Assembly (NCBI GenBank): GCA_964577355.1
Contig: CAZNYV010000002.1
Coordinates: 1-57,980 of the forward strand
Length of the DNA stretch: 57,980 nt
DNA from: an uncultured Campylobacteraceae bacterium
GTDB lineage: Bacteria; Campylobacterota; Campylobacteria; Campylobacterales; UBA6016
Direction: 5' to 3'
Shown: one piece after another, positions 1 through 9,382 of the stretch
Numbering within the stretch: position 1 is the first letter of the stretch
Layout: each line of letters opens with the position of its first letter
Made by a program: the position numbers and the translations under genes
The notes under the pieces: generated by a model
What the model was told of the DNA's origin: nothing
The model's input: only the letters and a program-made list of their open reading frames with translations
The model's database searches: none

Positions 1-892
1 CGAAATTTACACATCTCTCACCCAGAGCATCAGCGATAAATTGTAACCCTTCTCGTTCAGATGGTGCACCTGTGAGATAGATGTAGAGCGAGTCGTCTTT
101 TGCTAGTAGTCTGCGGCCTAGCTCTATGTAGTTTTCTCTAGGCCAGCGACGAAGCGGCATGAGATCAGAGGCATTTGCATTGAAGAGTGCTACTTTGTGT
201 TTGGAGAAATCCAGAGTGCCAGATTCCGCTAGCATTTTGGCTCTCATCAGCTCTTTTTGCTCTTCGCTTATCTGCATTTTCTGTAGCACTATCTCATCAT
301 CGCCGACAGCTCTTTTGGTAAATGGCGTCTGCATTTTATCCGATAGGAGTGCATCGGCAAGGGCGATGAAGTTTTTGGAGATGTGTTGATGTGAATTGTA
401 TGCGACTTTGTGTGTGAGCATATCGCCACGATATAGCCCCTCTTGAGTGAAGGCGTGATAGCCTACACGAATCCCAGCACCACAAAACCCAGTCAGTAGC
501 GCGGTAAAGCGAGAGAACAGCTCAAGGTCGATGACGGAGTCGATGTCTTTCTCTCTGCACCAGAACAAAAACCGCAAAGTATCAGTGATAATAGAGCCAA
601 GACCATCATCGCGAATGGTAAATATATTTTCCTCTGGGATTGATTTTAGGAGGTCAAGGCTTGGTTTGTTTTTCTTGAAAATGACAAAATGGAGATTTAG
701 ACCATTTGCTTTTAGCTTTTGCATCATCGGGTCGGCTAGAATGGTGCTGCCCATCTCGCTCAGCTCTATGAGCAGGAGATTTTTTGGCTTATCTACGCGT
801 GATTTGCAAAATAGCTTGTGAAATAGTGTCGAGACTGCGCAAAGTGGTACCCCAGCCCAATAATCCACAGCCCTCATGGTATCTACGGTCAT
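1..892 (-). CDS. glycosyltransferase family 9 (LPS heptosyltransferase-like), partial; C-terminus lies outside the window
   Basis: Absent from the ORF track because it runs off the window. My own translation from ATG 892-890 is open to nt 1 (MTVDTMRAVDYWAGVPLCAV..LLLIELSEMGSTILADPMMQKLK..VIDLELFSRFTALLTGFCGAGIRVG..NASDLMPLRRWPRENYIELGRRL), a GT9-like layout. ATGA start/stop overlap with the upstream gene. Confidence 0.6.
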   Translation of the reverse strand, partial: MTVDTMRAVDYWAGVPLCAVSTLFHKLFCKSRVDKPKNLLLIELSEMGSTILADPMMQKLKANGLNLHFVIFKKNKPSLDLLKSIPEENIFTIRDDGLGSIITDTLRFLFWCREKDIDSVIDLELFSRFTALLTGFCGAGIRVGYHAFTQEGLYRGDMLTHKVAYNSHQHISKNFIALADALLSDKMQTPFTKRAVGDDEIVLQKMQISEEQKELMRAKMLAESGTLDFSKHKVALFNANASDLMPLRRWPRENYIELGRRLLAKDDSLYIYLTGAPSEREGLQFIADALGERCVNF

Positions 893-1800
893 ATTATTCT
901 CCTTTTTTCACTAAGCCAGACGAATGCACCAGGCAAACTAGCCACAATAACAGTTATGCCGTACAGCATAGCCACAGCCAAAATCGCAGCCTTGTCAGCT
1001 CCTACAAAAGTAAAAAGTGTCACCATAATACTCTCTCGCACACCCCATCCCGCAAGCGAAATTGGTACTATCATCATCAAAAATACTGGCGGCATCAATA
1101 GACAATATACCCACGGCTCATAGTCAAGATGTACAGCTCTAGCCAATGAATATATGCAAAGAATCGACAATAGATGCACAAGTACCGATATTGCGACTTG
1201 TATAAAAATCTCTCTACGCTCTTTGTAAACGCTCAAAAAGGCGCTTGAAAGCTCAACCACTCTCGACAACAATGGCATTTTTCGCAAAAAGCCTATTTTT
1301 TTGAGCATAAACAAAAGCCCCATCGAAGCCAATCCACCAGAACAAATCAGCAAAATAGAGAGCGAAAATGAAGCTGGCAGTAGATTTGACATAAACGACA
1401 AAGCCAACAGATTAATAATCAAAAGCCCAGCAAGCCCAGCAATACGGTCTATAAAAACAGCATAAAACGAGTCAGACCACTGCTTGCCAGATTCATGTAA
1501 ATCTACAATCCGCACAGCATCCCCACCGATAGAACCAGGCAGTGCTTGGTTGAAAAAACTACCCTTGAAATAGCTGGATAGATAAAATCTCCACCCATGT
1601 GCGAGTCCCAAGATACTAGTGATTCTACCCCATCTATACGCCGCCAAAACAGTGGATAAGATGGCTTGCGTCAGCGCCATAAGAAGTAGTGGAATGTCTG
1701 CTCGCTCGATATTTTTTGATACCATTGCAAAGTCAACACGAGAAAATAAGAACCAAAACAGCGCGACTGTTATGATTAGTTTGATGATATTTTTAATCAA
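889..1800 (-). CDS. UPF0104 / lysyl-PG-synthase-TM-region-like ('flippase-like') integral membrane protein
   Basis: 303-aa polytopic ORF with the family-typical LPGSIGGDAVR motif. 4-nt overlaps with both neighbours. Confidence 0.55.
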   Translation of the reverse strand: MIKNIIKLIITVALFWFLFSRVDFAMVSKNIERADIPLLLMALTQAILSTVLAAYRWGRITSILGLAHGWRFYLSSYFKGSFFNQALPGSIGGDAVRIVDLHESGKQWSDSFYAVFIDRIAGLAGLLIINLLALSFMSNLLPASFSLSILLICSGGLASMGLLFMLKKIGFLRKMPLLSRVVELSSAFLSVYKERREIFIQVAISVLVHLLSILCIYSLARAVHLDYEPWVYCLLMPPVFLMMIVPISLAGWGVRESIMVTLFTFVGADKAAILAVAMLYGITVIVASLPGAFVWLSEKRRII

Positions 1801-3203
1801 TTTGATACTCTATAAATGTAAAATTTCTTGTTTTTGTACTCTGGCGCACCAGTTTGAAATATTTCGATCAGTTCGACATTGTGCCAAATTTTGGCTAACT
1901 GCACTGCTTGCTCACTATCGCTCTCATAGATGCCATGCATCGTCGCAAAGTCAAACCCAGCTTGCCACATATCAAACATAGACGCACGACTAGGTGTTGG
2001 AATCATCGCTTCACCATGTTCTGGCAGATAAAAGCTAAGTATAGAAGCTGTCGTCAGATGGTCAGCAAATATTTTATCATCCGCTCGTGCAAACTTTTTC
2101 ATCTCCTCCGATAACTCTTTGAACCCATATATACGAGAGTGAAAATTTTTCTCACCCTTCAACCCTATCGCGGATGGAAAGCGGACGGCAAAAGAGAGTA
2201 TCAAAGAAAAACCGAGTGCCAGCATCAGTAGTTTTTTTGCATTTTGAGTCACAATAAATCTAGCTATAAATATCCCAAGCCCTATAAATGCAGGAGCTAC
2301 CCAGTTAAGCTGCATTTTGAGGAAAAGTGCTTTGTAAAGAAAAAAAGTAATAATAAAAACACCACTCAAAGCAAAAAATAGGAGCTTGTCATCACAAAAC
2401 CACTGTTTTGTCTTGCCGAATAGATACAAAAAATAGCCAAAAAATATCGGGGAAAACAGCAAAAATAGACCGCCGAAAAACTCAAAAAAATGCCCAAAAT
2501 CAAGTCGAAAACTCTCGTTTGTGCCGTGCTTGAACTGAAAAGCAAAGCTAATCCAATCGTGCTCGTAGTTCCAATATACAGTCGGCATAAAAAACACAAG
2601 AGCCATAATGATGGCAAACCAAGGCTTTGGACTCAAAAACAACCTCGGTCGTCTAATCAATAAAAAAAGACCCAAAAAGCCCAAAAATAAAATAGCCGTG
2701 TATTTTGACGACATCCCAAGACCAATAAAACTGCCAGCCAAAATATATGATTTGAGGTCGTCTTCAAAAACTGCACGATACGAAAAATACAAAGCTGCTG
2801 ACCAAAAAAGTACAAGTGGCGCATCTGGTGACGCAATCGTAAAGCCCATGGTAGTAGCGGGGGAGCACAAAAAGATAGCAAGAGCAGCCAGTGCTGTTTT
2901 ATCATCAAATGCACGCCTAGCCGTCAGATAGACAAACCACGCACCAACTGACACACAAAACACGCTAACCATGCGAATAGCAAACGCAGAATCACCAAAA
3001 AGTGTGGCAACTTTGATGAGCACCGCAATCATAAAAGGGTGGTCAAAATAACCAAGGTCAAGGTGTTTTGACCAAATCCAGTAGTATGCTTCATCGAGAT
3101 ATAATGGCAGATAAGCATTGTAAATAGCACTAAAAAGTGCAAATAAACCTACTAACAATAGCGGCAAATACCTTGCATCAAGCCTTGTCATAAGCCACCT
3201 CAT
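1797..3203 (-). CDS. ArnT/PMT-like GT-C glycosyltransferase (GT39/GT83-like, polyprenyl-phosphate-sugar dependent)
   Basis: 468-aa polytopic ORF. N-terminal periplasmic-loop signature LPLYLDEAYYWIWSK..GYFDHPFM (DE..Y / HPP motif of ArnT/PMT enzymes). An alternative ATG at 3191 is possible. Confidence 0.65.
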   Translation of the reverse strand: MRWLMTRLDARYLPLLLVGLFALFSAIYNAYLPLYLDEAYYWIWSKHLDLGYFDHPFMIAVLIKVATLFGDSAFAIRMVSVFCVSVGAWFVYLTARRAFDDKTALAALAIFLCSPATTMGFTIASPDAPLVLFWSAALYFSYRAVFEDDLKSYILAGSFIGLGMSSKYTAILFLGFLGLFLLIRRPRLFLSPKPWFAIIMALVFFMPTVYWNYEHDWISFAFQFKHGTNESFRLDFGHFFEFFGGLFLLFSPIFFGYFLYLFGKTKQWFCDDKLLFFALSGVFIITFFLYKALFLKMQLNWVAPAFIGLGIFIARFIVTQNAKKLLMLALGFSLILSFAVRFPSAIGLKGEKNFHSRIYGFKELSEEMKKFARADDKIFADHLTTASILSFYLPEHGEAMIPTPSRASMFDMWQAGFDFATMHGIYESDSEQAVQLAKIWHNVELIEIFQTGAPEYKNKKFYIYRVSN

Positions 3204-3849
3204 AAGCTACTTTTGAGACTATATACACAAAGAAAAAAGAGAAGATCACATCACTCAAAAAATGCCCGCCCTGCGCCATTCGCCCTAGACCGACCACAAC
3301 CCCAAATAGAATGCCAAAAGCAAAAACCCTAGCTCTCCACACATCTCTAGCCACAAAACCAAATGTCAAAAACCAAAACGCCACAGCCGCATGACCGCAG
3401 GTAAAAGAACAATTTGTCTGGCAGTTATTCGAAATCTCAAATGCTTTTGTAAACTCTTTAGTACCGCCAAACTCCTTGATTTGGGCTGGTCTTGCTCTGC
3501 CAAAATGGTCTTTTAGTACCGTATTTACAACCAGTCCCGGACCCAAAATGAGTGAAACAAGCAAAAACATAATGGCTCTTTTTGGTAAAACAATCTGCTT
3601 TTTTGTGATTAGTGTAGCTATCAGCATCAACAAAAGAGACGCTCCCACACAAACGGTAAAAACCTGCGTGTATTTATGCAAAAAAAGCACAAAGGGGTTC
3701 TGTGAGAAAGTGAATATATGCCCATCAAAAAAGAGCGCAGCCACAGTCGTGTCTATCTCTGGAACCATCCAAAACAAAAGCACAAGAGCAAAAAAAATCA
3801 CCCAAAACGGTATGCCAAAACTATGAAATATTTTATTTAAACGGGTCAA
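3178..3849 (-). CDS. PAP2-family membrane phosphatase (lipid A / undecaprenyl-PP phosphatase-like)
   Basis: 223 aa with about 6 TM helices. Three acid-phosphatase motifs: KDHFGRARP, CGHAA (PSGH-like), GGHFLSDV (HxxxD). Confidence 0.7.
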   Translation of the reverse strand: MTRLNKIFHSFGIPFWVIFFALVLLFWMVPEIDTTVAALFFDGHIFTFSQNPFVLFLHKYTQVFTVCVGASLLLMLIATLITKKQIVLPKRAIMFLLVSLILGPGLVVNTVLKDHFGRARPAQIKEFGGTKEFTKAFEISNNCQTNCSFTCGHAAVAFWFLTFGFVARDVWRARVFAFGILFGVVVGLGRMAQGGHFLSDVIFSFFFVYIVSKVAYEVAYDKA

Positions 3850-3853
3850 ATTG

Positions 3854-5794
3854 TTATCCTACTAAATTTAAAAGGGAGCTCTTGAGATCAAAGAGCTGTT
3901 TTATGCCATGTCTGACACTGACATTTTTTTTGTCAAAAAACTCTAGTTGCGACATAGTGGAAGCCAGAGCTTTCATCGTAGATTCAAACTCCACTTCCAT
4001 CGAAAGATATGTCTGGTCTCCAAATTGAGAAATCTCGCCCGCAATCGGTCCCAAATGCTCAAAAGCGCTATAAAATTCTACTGTTTTGGGGGTTAATACA
4101 CCTCCAGCTTTTTTGCGAAATTGTAGCACTCCATCTTTGCCATCTTCACCTTTGACAAACATCGTAAAGCCGTTTCTATTCAGGTTGAGCGCTAGATTTG
4201 ACATTATCTGGAACTGCTCTTTGCTCTCTGTTTTGGACATCTCTTTTAGAACTTCCGACTTTATTTTTGAGGATGGAGTCTCTTTTGACTCGACACTATC
4301 TTTTTTGACTGTCACCTCAGAAGCTGTTATCTCAGGCTTATCAATCGGCGACTCATCTGGCTTGACAGTAGCATCTACACTCTCTTTTGCGAGGCTGTTT
4401 TGATGTTCATTCGCCGCATCCTGCTTGTCAGCTACATCATCTTGCCCTTCCAGCTTATCAGTCACTTCCGACTCCTGCCCAGCAGCCTCAACTGTCCGTT
4501 GCAATAGTGCTTGAATCTCATCATGTGTTATCTCGCCACTGGCAATCTCGGTTTTTAGAGATTCCAAGCCAGATTGCTCTTGAGACCTTTTTGTCTCCGT
4601 AGAATCAGTATCTTTTGGCTGCTTTGCAATTTCTCTTTGTGGCTCTTTTGCGCTATCAGTGCCATCTCGCTTTACCACACTCTGAGACTCCGATTGTCTA
4701 GTTGGCAACTTTTCTTCTGATTTCAAAGTAGCTTGCGCTGGTTTTTGTTCATTTTTTGCAAGCTCCTGTTTTTGTGGCAGCTCTTTACTCTCTTTTATAC
4801 CGTCACTCTTTGGCTGGCTCGCTGTCTGGGTTTGTTCTTTTTTTGAGATTTGCTCACTCTTGGTACTTACTTCTTCTTTTTTCACATCTTGCTTTGGCGG
4901 TAGGTTGTCAGTTTTTTTCTCTTTTGGCTCTTCGTTTTTGGCTGTTTCAATGGTTTTTTGAGGCTCATTTTTGACCTCTTCTTTTTGAGCTTGCATCTCA
5001 ACCGAAGCTCTCTCTAGCTCTTTTTTGTGACTTTGTTCACTAATTTTTGGCTCTTCTGGTTTGTTTGTTGGCGTTTTTGCTTGTATGGTTGTAGTGTTTG
5101 TCTGTTTTGATTCTGGCAAATCTAACTGCTTTTGAGCGTCCAATATCTTGTCTTGTTTTTGCGCTTGATTTTCCATCACTCTCTGCTGTTTTGTCTCTGC
5201 TTGAGCTGCTTCGCTGCTATTTTTATTATCATTTTTTATCTGCGCATCCGCTTTGGGTGTTTCATCTTTTTTGTCTGTTTTGGCAGCATTCAACTTGGAC
5301 TCCACCTCTGCTTTTGTGCTCAAAACATCGTCTTTTACTTTTTGTGGTATATCTTTTTGCACAGAGGCGTTTTCTTTTGGCTCCGTAGATGACACTGGCT
5401 GTGCTGGTTTGCCACCCTCGTCACTCTTCGGCTGAGCTTGGACATACTCTGAGACTGCGGTTTTGAGCTTCTCAAAATCAAGTACATTTGCAAGAGTACT
5501 TCCATTTTGAGATACTCCTCCTTGCAATATCTCTGGCTTTTTTGCTAGATTTAGCAGTTTGACCAGCCCGCTATCCTCTGTTTTGACCTCAGCCCAATAT
5601 TTTGCATTTAGTGTTAGCTCTTTTTGACTCAACGCCTCTAGTGTTTTGTCACCGAGTTTTATAAGATATTTGGTCAAATCAAGCTTGTCTAACACCTCTA
5701 TCGTAACTGGCTGCGAGCTATTGATACCAATGTTTTTTGCTACTTGAGAGATTACCGTCTTGAGTGCATCAAGCGAACCAACATCCCTTATCAT
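3854..5794 (-). CDS. hypothetical protein with about 400-aa K/E/Q/S-rich low-complexity centre; weak FliK-like C-terminal pattern
   Basis: 646-aa ORF with an ATGA overlap with coaBC. Ordered N-terminus (about 110 aa) and C-terminus (about 120 aa: FTMFVKGEDGKDGVLQFRKK..VEFYSAFEHLGPIAGEISQ..YLSMEVEFES) flank a disordered-looking charged region. Confidence 0.6.
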   Translation of the reverse strand: MIRDVGSLDALKTVISQVAKNIGINSSQPVTIEVLDKLDLTKYLIKLGDKTLEALSQKELTLNAKYWAEVKTEDSGLVKLLNLAKKPEILQGGVSQNGSTLANVLDFEKLKTAVSEYVQAQPKSDEGGKPAQPVSSTEPKENASVQKDIPQKVKDDVLSTKAEVESKLNAAKTDKKDETPKADAQIKNDNKNSSEAAQAETKQQRVMENQAQKQDKILDAQKQLDLPESKQTNTTTIQAKTPTNKPEEPKISEQSHKKELERASVEMQAQKEEVKNEPQKTIETAKNEEPKEKKTDNLPPKQDVKKEEVSTKSEQISKKEQTQTASQPKSDGIKESKELPQKQELAKNEQKPAQATLKSEEKLPTRQSESQSVVKRDGTDSAKEPQREIAKQPKDTDSTETKRSQEQSGLESLKTEIASGEITHDEIQALLQRTVEAAGQESEVTDKLEGQDDVADKQDAANEHQNSLAKESVDATVKPDESPIDKPEITASEVTVKKDSVESKETPSSKIKSEVLKEMSKTESKEQFQIMSNLALNLNRNGFTMFVKGEDGKDGVLQFRKKAGGVLTPKTVEFYSAFEHLGPIAGEISQFGDQTYLSMEVEFESTMKALASTMSQLEFFDKKNVSVRHGIKQLFDLKSSLLNLVG

Positions 5795-7071
5795 AGCGAC
5801 TGAGCGAGCTCGCTTATTTGAAATGCAACATCCAATTTGTCACTTTTTGCTATCAGAGCGGTGGAGTTCTGCGCGACAAACAAAACTTCATTATCATCGC
5901 TACCAAACCCAATCTCATCACTAAGTATATTTAGACAAACTGCGGATAATTTTTTCTCTTTTAACATTTTCTCAGCACTCGTCTTGGCCGTTTTTTCATC
6001 ATATTCTGCTTTGAATCCAATAACTTTTATACCGCTTTTTGGGAGCCCGCTTAGAATATCTTCTGTTTGAGCCAACTCAAGGTTTAGACTCTCTCCAATG
6101 TTCTCTTTTTTTAGTTTGCCACTATGCTTTGTTTTTGGTTTGTAGTCCGCGATTGCCGCCGCCATAAATAACATCGGCTCTTTTGACACACTCATCACTT
6201 GTGAACTATGCAGCAGCGACGGTTTTGTCATTTTGTGTTTTTGCGCCAAATCCATTTCGCTTTGGAGTGTGTTTTTGAAATCATCGCCGCTAGATACTTC
6301 GACTTGTCTAATCTGTGACGGCAATGTGTTTGATGGTTTGCTGCTAACCAATGTCACATCTGCACCTTTTGTAAATAATGCTAAAGCCAAAGCGTTTGCC
6401 ATCTTGCCACTCGAGAAGTTGCCTATGTATCTCACATCATCTATCTTCTCAACACTTCCGCCACCAGATATGACAACATTTCGATACTCATAAAACTCTT
6501 CTCTCAAAAGCGCCCTTGCACACTGCCAGAAAATATCGTTTATCTCTGCCATTGCTCCCTTGCCCTCATCGCCACAAGCCAAAAGTTTTGTGCTAGGCTC
6601 TACAATTTCGTATCCACAAATACCAAGCATTTTGAGATTTGCTTTTGTAATCGGATGCTCAAGCATCGCTGTATTCGCTGATGGGGCTATGATTTTTGTA
6701 CCTTTGTGAGCCAAAAGCGTCTGTGCCAAAAGGTTGTCTGCCAATCCGTTTGCTAGCTTTGCTATTGTGTTTGCAGTAGCAGGGGCTACAACAAAAGCCT
6801 CCGCCCATTTGGCGAAACCGATATGATTATGGTTTCTACCTTCAATCTCTTCCGCCCAGCTCTCATTTTCATCTGTAAGCACCAAATGTGTACTAATCGT
6901 CTCAAATGTAAGAGGTGCAATAAACTTCTCAGCACTTTTGCTCATGACGACACGAACATGAGCGCCACTCTTGACAAAAAGACGAATCAGCTCTAGTGTC
7001 TTGTAAATAGCGATAGAACCTGTGACTGCGACGCCGATGCGACGATTTTTTAGGAGATTTGAAGTGCTCAT
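5791..7071 (-). CDS. coaBC: bifunctional phosphopantothenoylcysteine decarboxylase / phosphopantothenate-cysteine ligase
   Basis: 426 aa. N-terminal flavoprotein domain (RIGVAVTGSIAIYKTLELIR) plus C-terminal CoaB domain (ISGGGSVEKIDDVRYIGNFSSGKM). Confidence 0.9.
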   Translation of the reverse strand: MSTSNLLKNRRIGVAVTGSIAIYKTLELIRLFVKSGAHVRVVMSKSAEKFIAPLTFETISTHLVLTDENESWAEEIEGRNHNHIGFAKWAEAFVVAPATANTIAKLANGLADNLLAQTLLAHKGTKIIAPSANTAMLEHPITKANLKMLGICGYEIVEPSTKLLACGDEGKGAMAEINDIFWQCARALLREEFYEYRNVVISGGGSVEKIDDVRYIGNFSSGKMANALALALFTKGADVTLVSSKPSNTLPSQIRQVEVSSGDDFKNTLQSEMDLAQKHKMTKPSLLHSSQVMSVSKEPMLFMAAAIADYKPKTKHSGKLKKENIGESLNLELAQTEDILSGLPKSGIKVIGFKAEYDEKTAKTSAEKMLKEKKLSAVCLNILSDEIGFGSDDNEVLFVAQNSTALIAKSDKLDVAFQISELAQSL

Positions 7072-7231
7072 TTGTAACCTTCGTAGATGAAGTTTTGCGG
7101 TTATTTTTCTGTTATTTTATAATTATTGCGCACAAAATGAGCAAAGCCCATTTTGACGGCAAGGACACATATATCCTTTACAATCCCCTAAAGCTTTTTC
7201 GCATAAAAATGCGAAAGAAACGCGTATTTTA

Positions 7232-8371
7232 CTACAAATATTTGAACTTACAAACGGCGCTAATCAAACTAGAAAAGATGGACTCAAGTTTGTCCAAATC
7301 AGCCGCCAACACTCGCTCATTTGGCGCATGAATAGTCTCATTTGATACACCAAATTCCATAACATGGACACCGTATTTAGCAATAAATCTAGCATCACTC
7401 GTGCCGCCGCTAGTAGAAAGTACTGGCGTAACACCTGTTTTGGACTTGATAATATTTGAAAGCACAGTTACGGCTTCTTTAGCTACCCCATCCATACTCG
7501 CCACAAACGACTCTGAACCTTGGTCGATTTTTAGCTCATAATTTGTAATGCCACACTCTGATGCGCAATTTCGCACAAAATTCTCAACATCAGACATTGT
7601 TGTGTTTGTAGAGTTTCGCACATTGAACATTAGTGAAAGCTCTGTTGGTATGACATTTGTCTTTTGGTAGCCACTCCTAATATCCGTAATAACCAATTGG
7701 CTTGGAGCAAAGAACTCATCTCCATTGTCTAGCTTTTTGTCAGCTATTTTTGAGACAAAACCACTTGCCAAAGATATTGGGTTGATCGCTTTTTGCGGAT
7801 AAGCGGCATGCCCACCCCTGCCTACAATAGTAATTTTACCATTGATTGAGCCTCGACGACCGACCTTGATAGTATCTCCAAGCTCATTTTCGCAAGTAGG
7901 TTCGGCTACTATACAAAGGATTGGAAGATTTTGGTTTTTTTTGAGGTGTTCGAGAATCTCCACAGTTCCATGAACTGCATCTCCCTCTTCGTCACTTGTA
8001 ATCAGCAAAGACAGTGTTCCGTCGAAATCTGTTGTAGCTTTTGCGGCATTCATAAACGCGGCAAGCCCGCTTTTCATATCGCTCGCACCCCTGCCATACA
8101 TATAACCATCTCGAATATCTGCTACAAATGGGTCACTTTGCCACCCTTCGCCAGAGGGCACAACATCTATATGTCCAGCAAAAGCCAAATGGATTCCATC
8201 GCCAAATTTTTTGTGAAGTAGAAGATTTTTGACCCCGCCAACATCTATTCGCACGGATTCAAACTCGGACAAGTACTCTGATATGAAATCAAGCGCTCCG
8301 TCATCGTCGGGAGTGAGAGAGCGAAACGAAATCAGCTTGGATAGTAGCTCTCTTGTCGTGATTTGCTCTAT
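7232..8371 (-). CDS. dapE: succinyl-diaminopimelate desuccinylase (M20 peptidase)
   Basis: HIDVVPSGEGWQSDPF, GRGASDMKSG and SDEEG motifs. The ORF track starts at TTG 8272. The same frame stays open upstream to 8428 and encodes the conserved DapE N-terminus (IEQITTRELLSKLISFRSLTPDDDGALDFISEYL) with no ATG/GTG/TTG. I therefore extend the model to ATA 8371-8369; the start is uncertain. Confidence 0.85.
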   Translation of the reverse strand: MEQITTRELLSKLISFRSLTPDDDGALDFISEYLSEFESVRIDVGGVKNLLLHKKFGDGIHLAFAGHIDVVPSGEGWQSDPFVADIRDGYMYGRGASDMKSGLAAFMNAAKATTDFDGTLSLLITSDEEGDAVHGTVEILEHLKKNQNLPILCIVAEPTCENELGDTIKVGRRGSINGKITIVGRGGHAAYPQKAINPISLASGFVSKIADKKLDNGDEFFAPSQLVITDIRSGYQKTNVIPTELSLMFNVRNSTNTTMSDVENFVRNCASECGITNYELKIDQGSESFVASMDGVAKEAVTVLSNIIKSKTGVTPVLSTSGGTSDARFIAKYGVHVMEFGVSNETIHAPNERVLAADLDKLESIFSSLISAVCKFKYL

Positions 8372-9309
8372 ATCACTACCACCTTGTTTCTGCCGCTTGC
8401 TTTTGCTTCGTCGATTGCCCTCTGACCCCTAGTGTTGATTGCTATCAAATCATCACCAGCTTCATGCGATATAACACCCGCACAGACCGTTAGCTGAATC
8501 ACCTCTTCAGAGTAAACGAGCTTACTAATCTCAATTTTTGCTCGTATTCTCTCGGCTATATCTTTTGCTTTTTCCAGACCGCCTTTGTTGATGACAATCG
8601 CAAAGTCTTCATCTCCGATTCTGTATATCTTGTCTTCATCCCCCAAATAGCTTTTTAGCGTATTCGATACAAATACAAGTACTTTATCGCCACCCAAATA
8701 ACCAAATCTATCATTTATGTCTTTGAAATTGTCTATATCTATGTATATAATGTGAGTTTCTAGTTTGACACTATTGTCAATATGAGTTAGCTTAGTAATA
8801 TCTGTTATATAAGCGCGTTTATTATGTAGCTTGGTTAGCCTATCCATCATTGATTTTTGAAGTGCGTTGCTTAGCTCAATTTCAAGCTTTCTGATATGCT
8901 CGTCAGATTTTTTGATTTCTTCTAGCAGTTTGCTTTGAAAACCTATCATATAAGAAACTATTTTTTCATAGTCAACATGCCCGCCGACGCTGTCCTCGGA
9001 GAGTTTGTCTATATATTCACCCTGACCAATAACAACCTTGGAAATCTCTTTGTTACTATTGGAGAACATCTCGAAAGTCTCTTGCGACAATGCTATATAT
9101 TTTTCCAAATCTTTTTCTGCGCTTTGAGGAGCTTGTTCTGAATATTTTTGAAAAATCTGCTTTATCTCTTCATCTTGCATTACAGCCAAAGTATCTTTGA
9201 ATACTTGCTCATAATACTTAGGATATGCCGGTGTGTTCGAGTCGATAAGCTTTTGGAGAGCCTTATCTCTAACACTGTCTATAATTGTTAACAACTCTGT
9301 TCTGTTCAA
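8368..9309 (-). CDS. GGDEF-domain protein with variant GDEDF active-site motif
   Basis: 313 aa. DRLTKLHNKR, DIDNFKDINDRFGYLGGDKVL, YRIGDEDFAIV (8602-8616), AKASGRNKVV. The helical N-terminal domain is shared with the 16867-17877 paralogue (P.YP.YYE). Confidence 0.7.
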   Translation of the reverse strand: MNRTELLTIIDSVRDKALQKLIDSNTPAYPKYYEQVFKDTLAVMQDEEIKQIFQKYSEQAPQSAEKDLEKYIALSQETFEMFSNSNKEISKVVIGQGEYIDKLSEDSVGGHVDYEKIVSYMIGFQSKLLEEIKKSDEHIRKLEIELSNALQKSMMDRLTKLHNKRAYITDITKLTHIDNSVKLETHIIYIDIDNFKDINDRFGYLGGDKVLVFVSNTLKSYLGDEDKIYRIGDEDFAIVINKGGLEKAKDIAERIRAKIEISKLVYSEEVIQLTVCAGVISHEAGDDLIAINTRGQRAIDEAKASGRNKVVVI

Positions 9310-9382
9310 AACTTGTGACCTTAATACGATTTATAAATAGAATTCTATAATATTAAATTGAAACTCACCAAAAAGGGTCGGA

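Noticed and set aside
3854-5794. Annotating the 646-aa low-complexity protein outright as FliK.
   Set aside because: The only support is a loose C-terminal pattern and a disordered 'ruler'. There are no flanking flgD/flgE genes, and the gene is coupled to coaBC. I kept it as hypothetical, with a low-confidence note.
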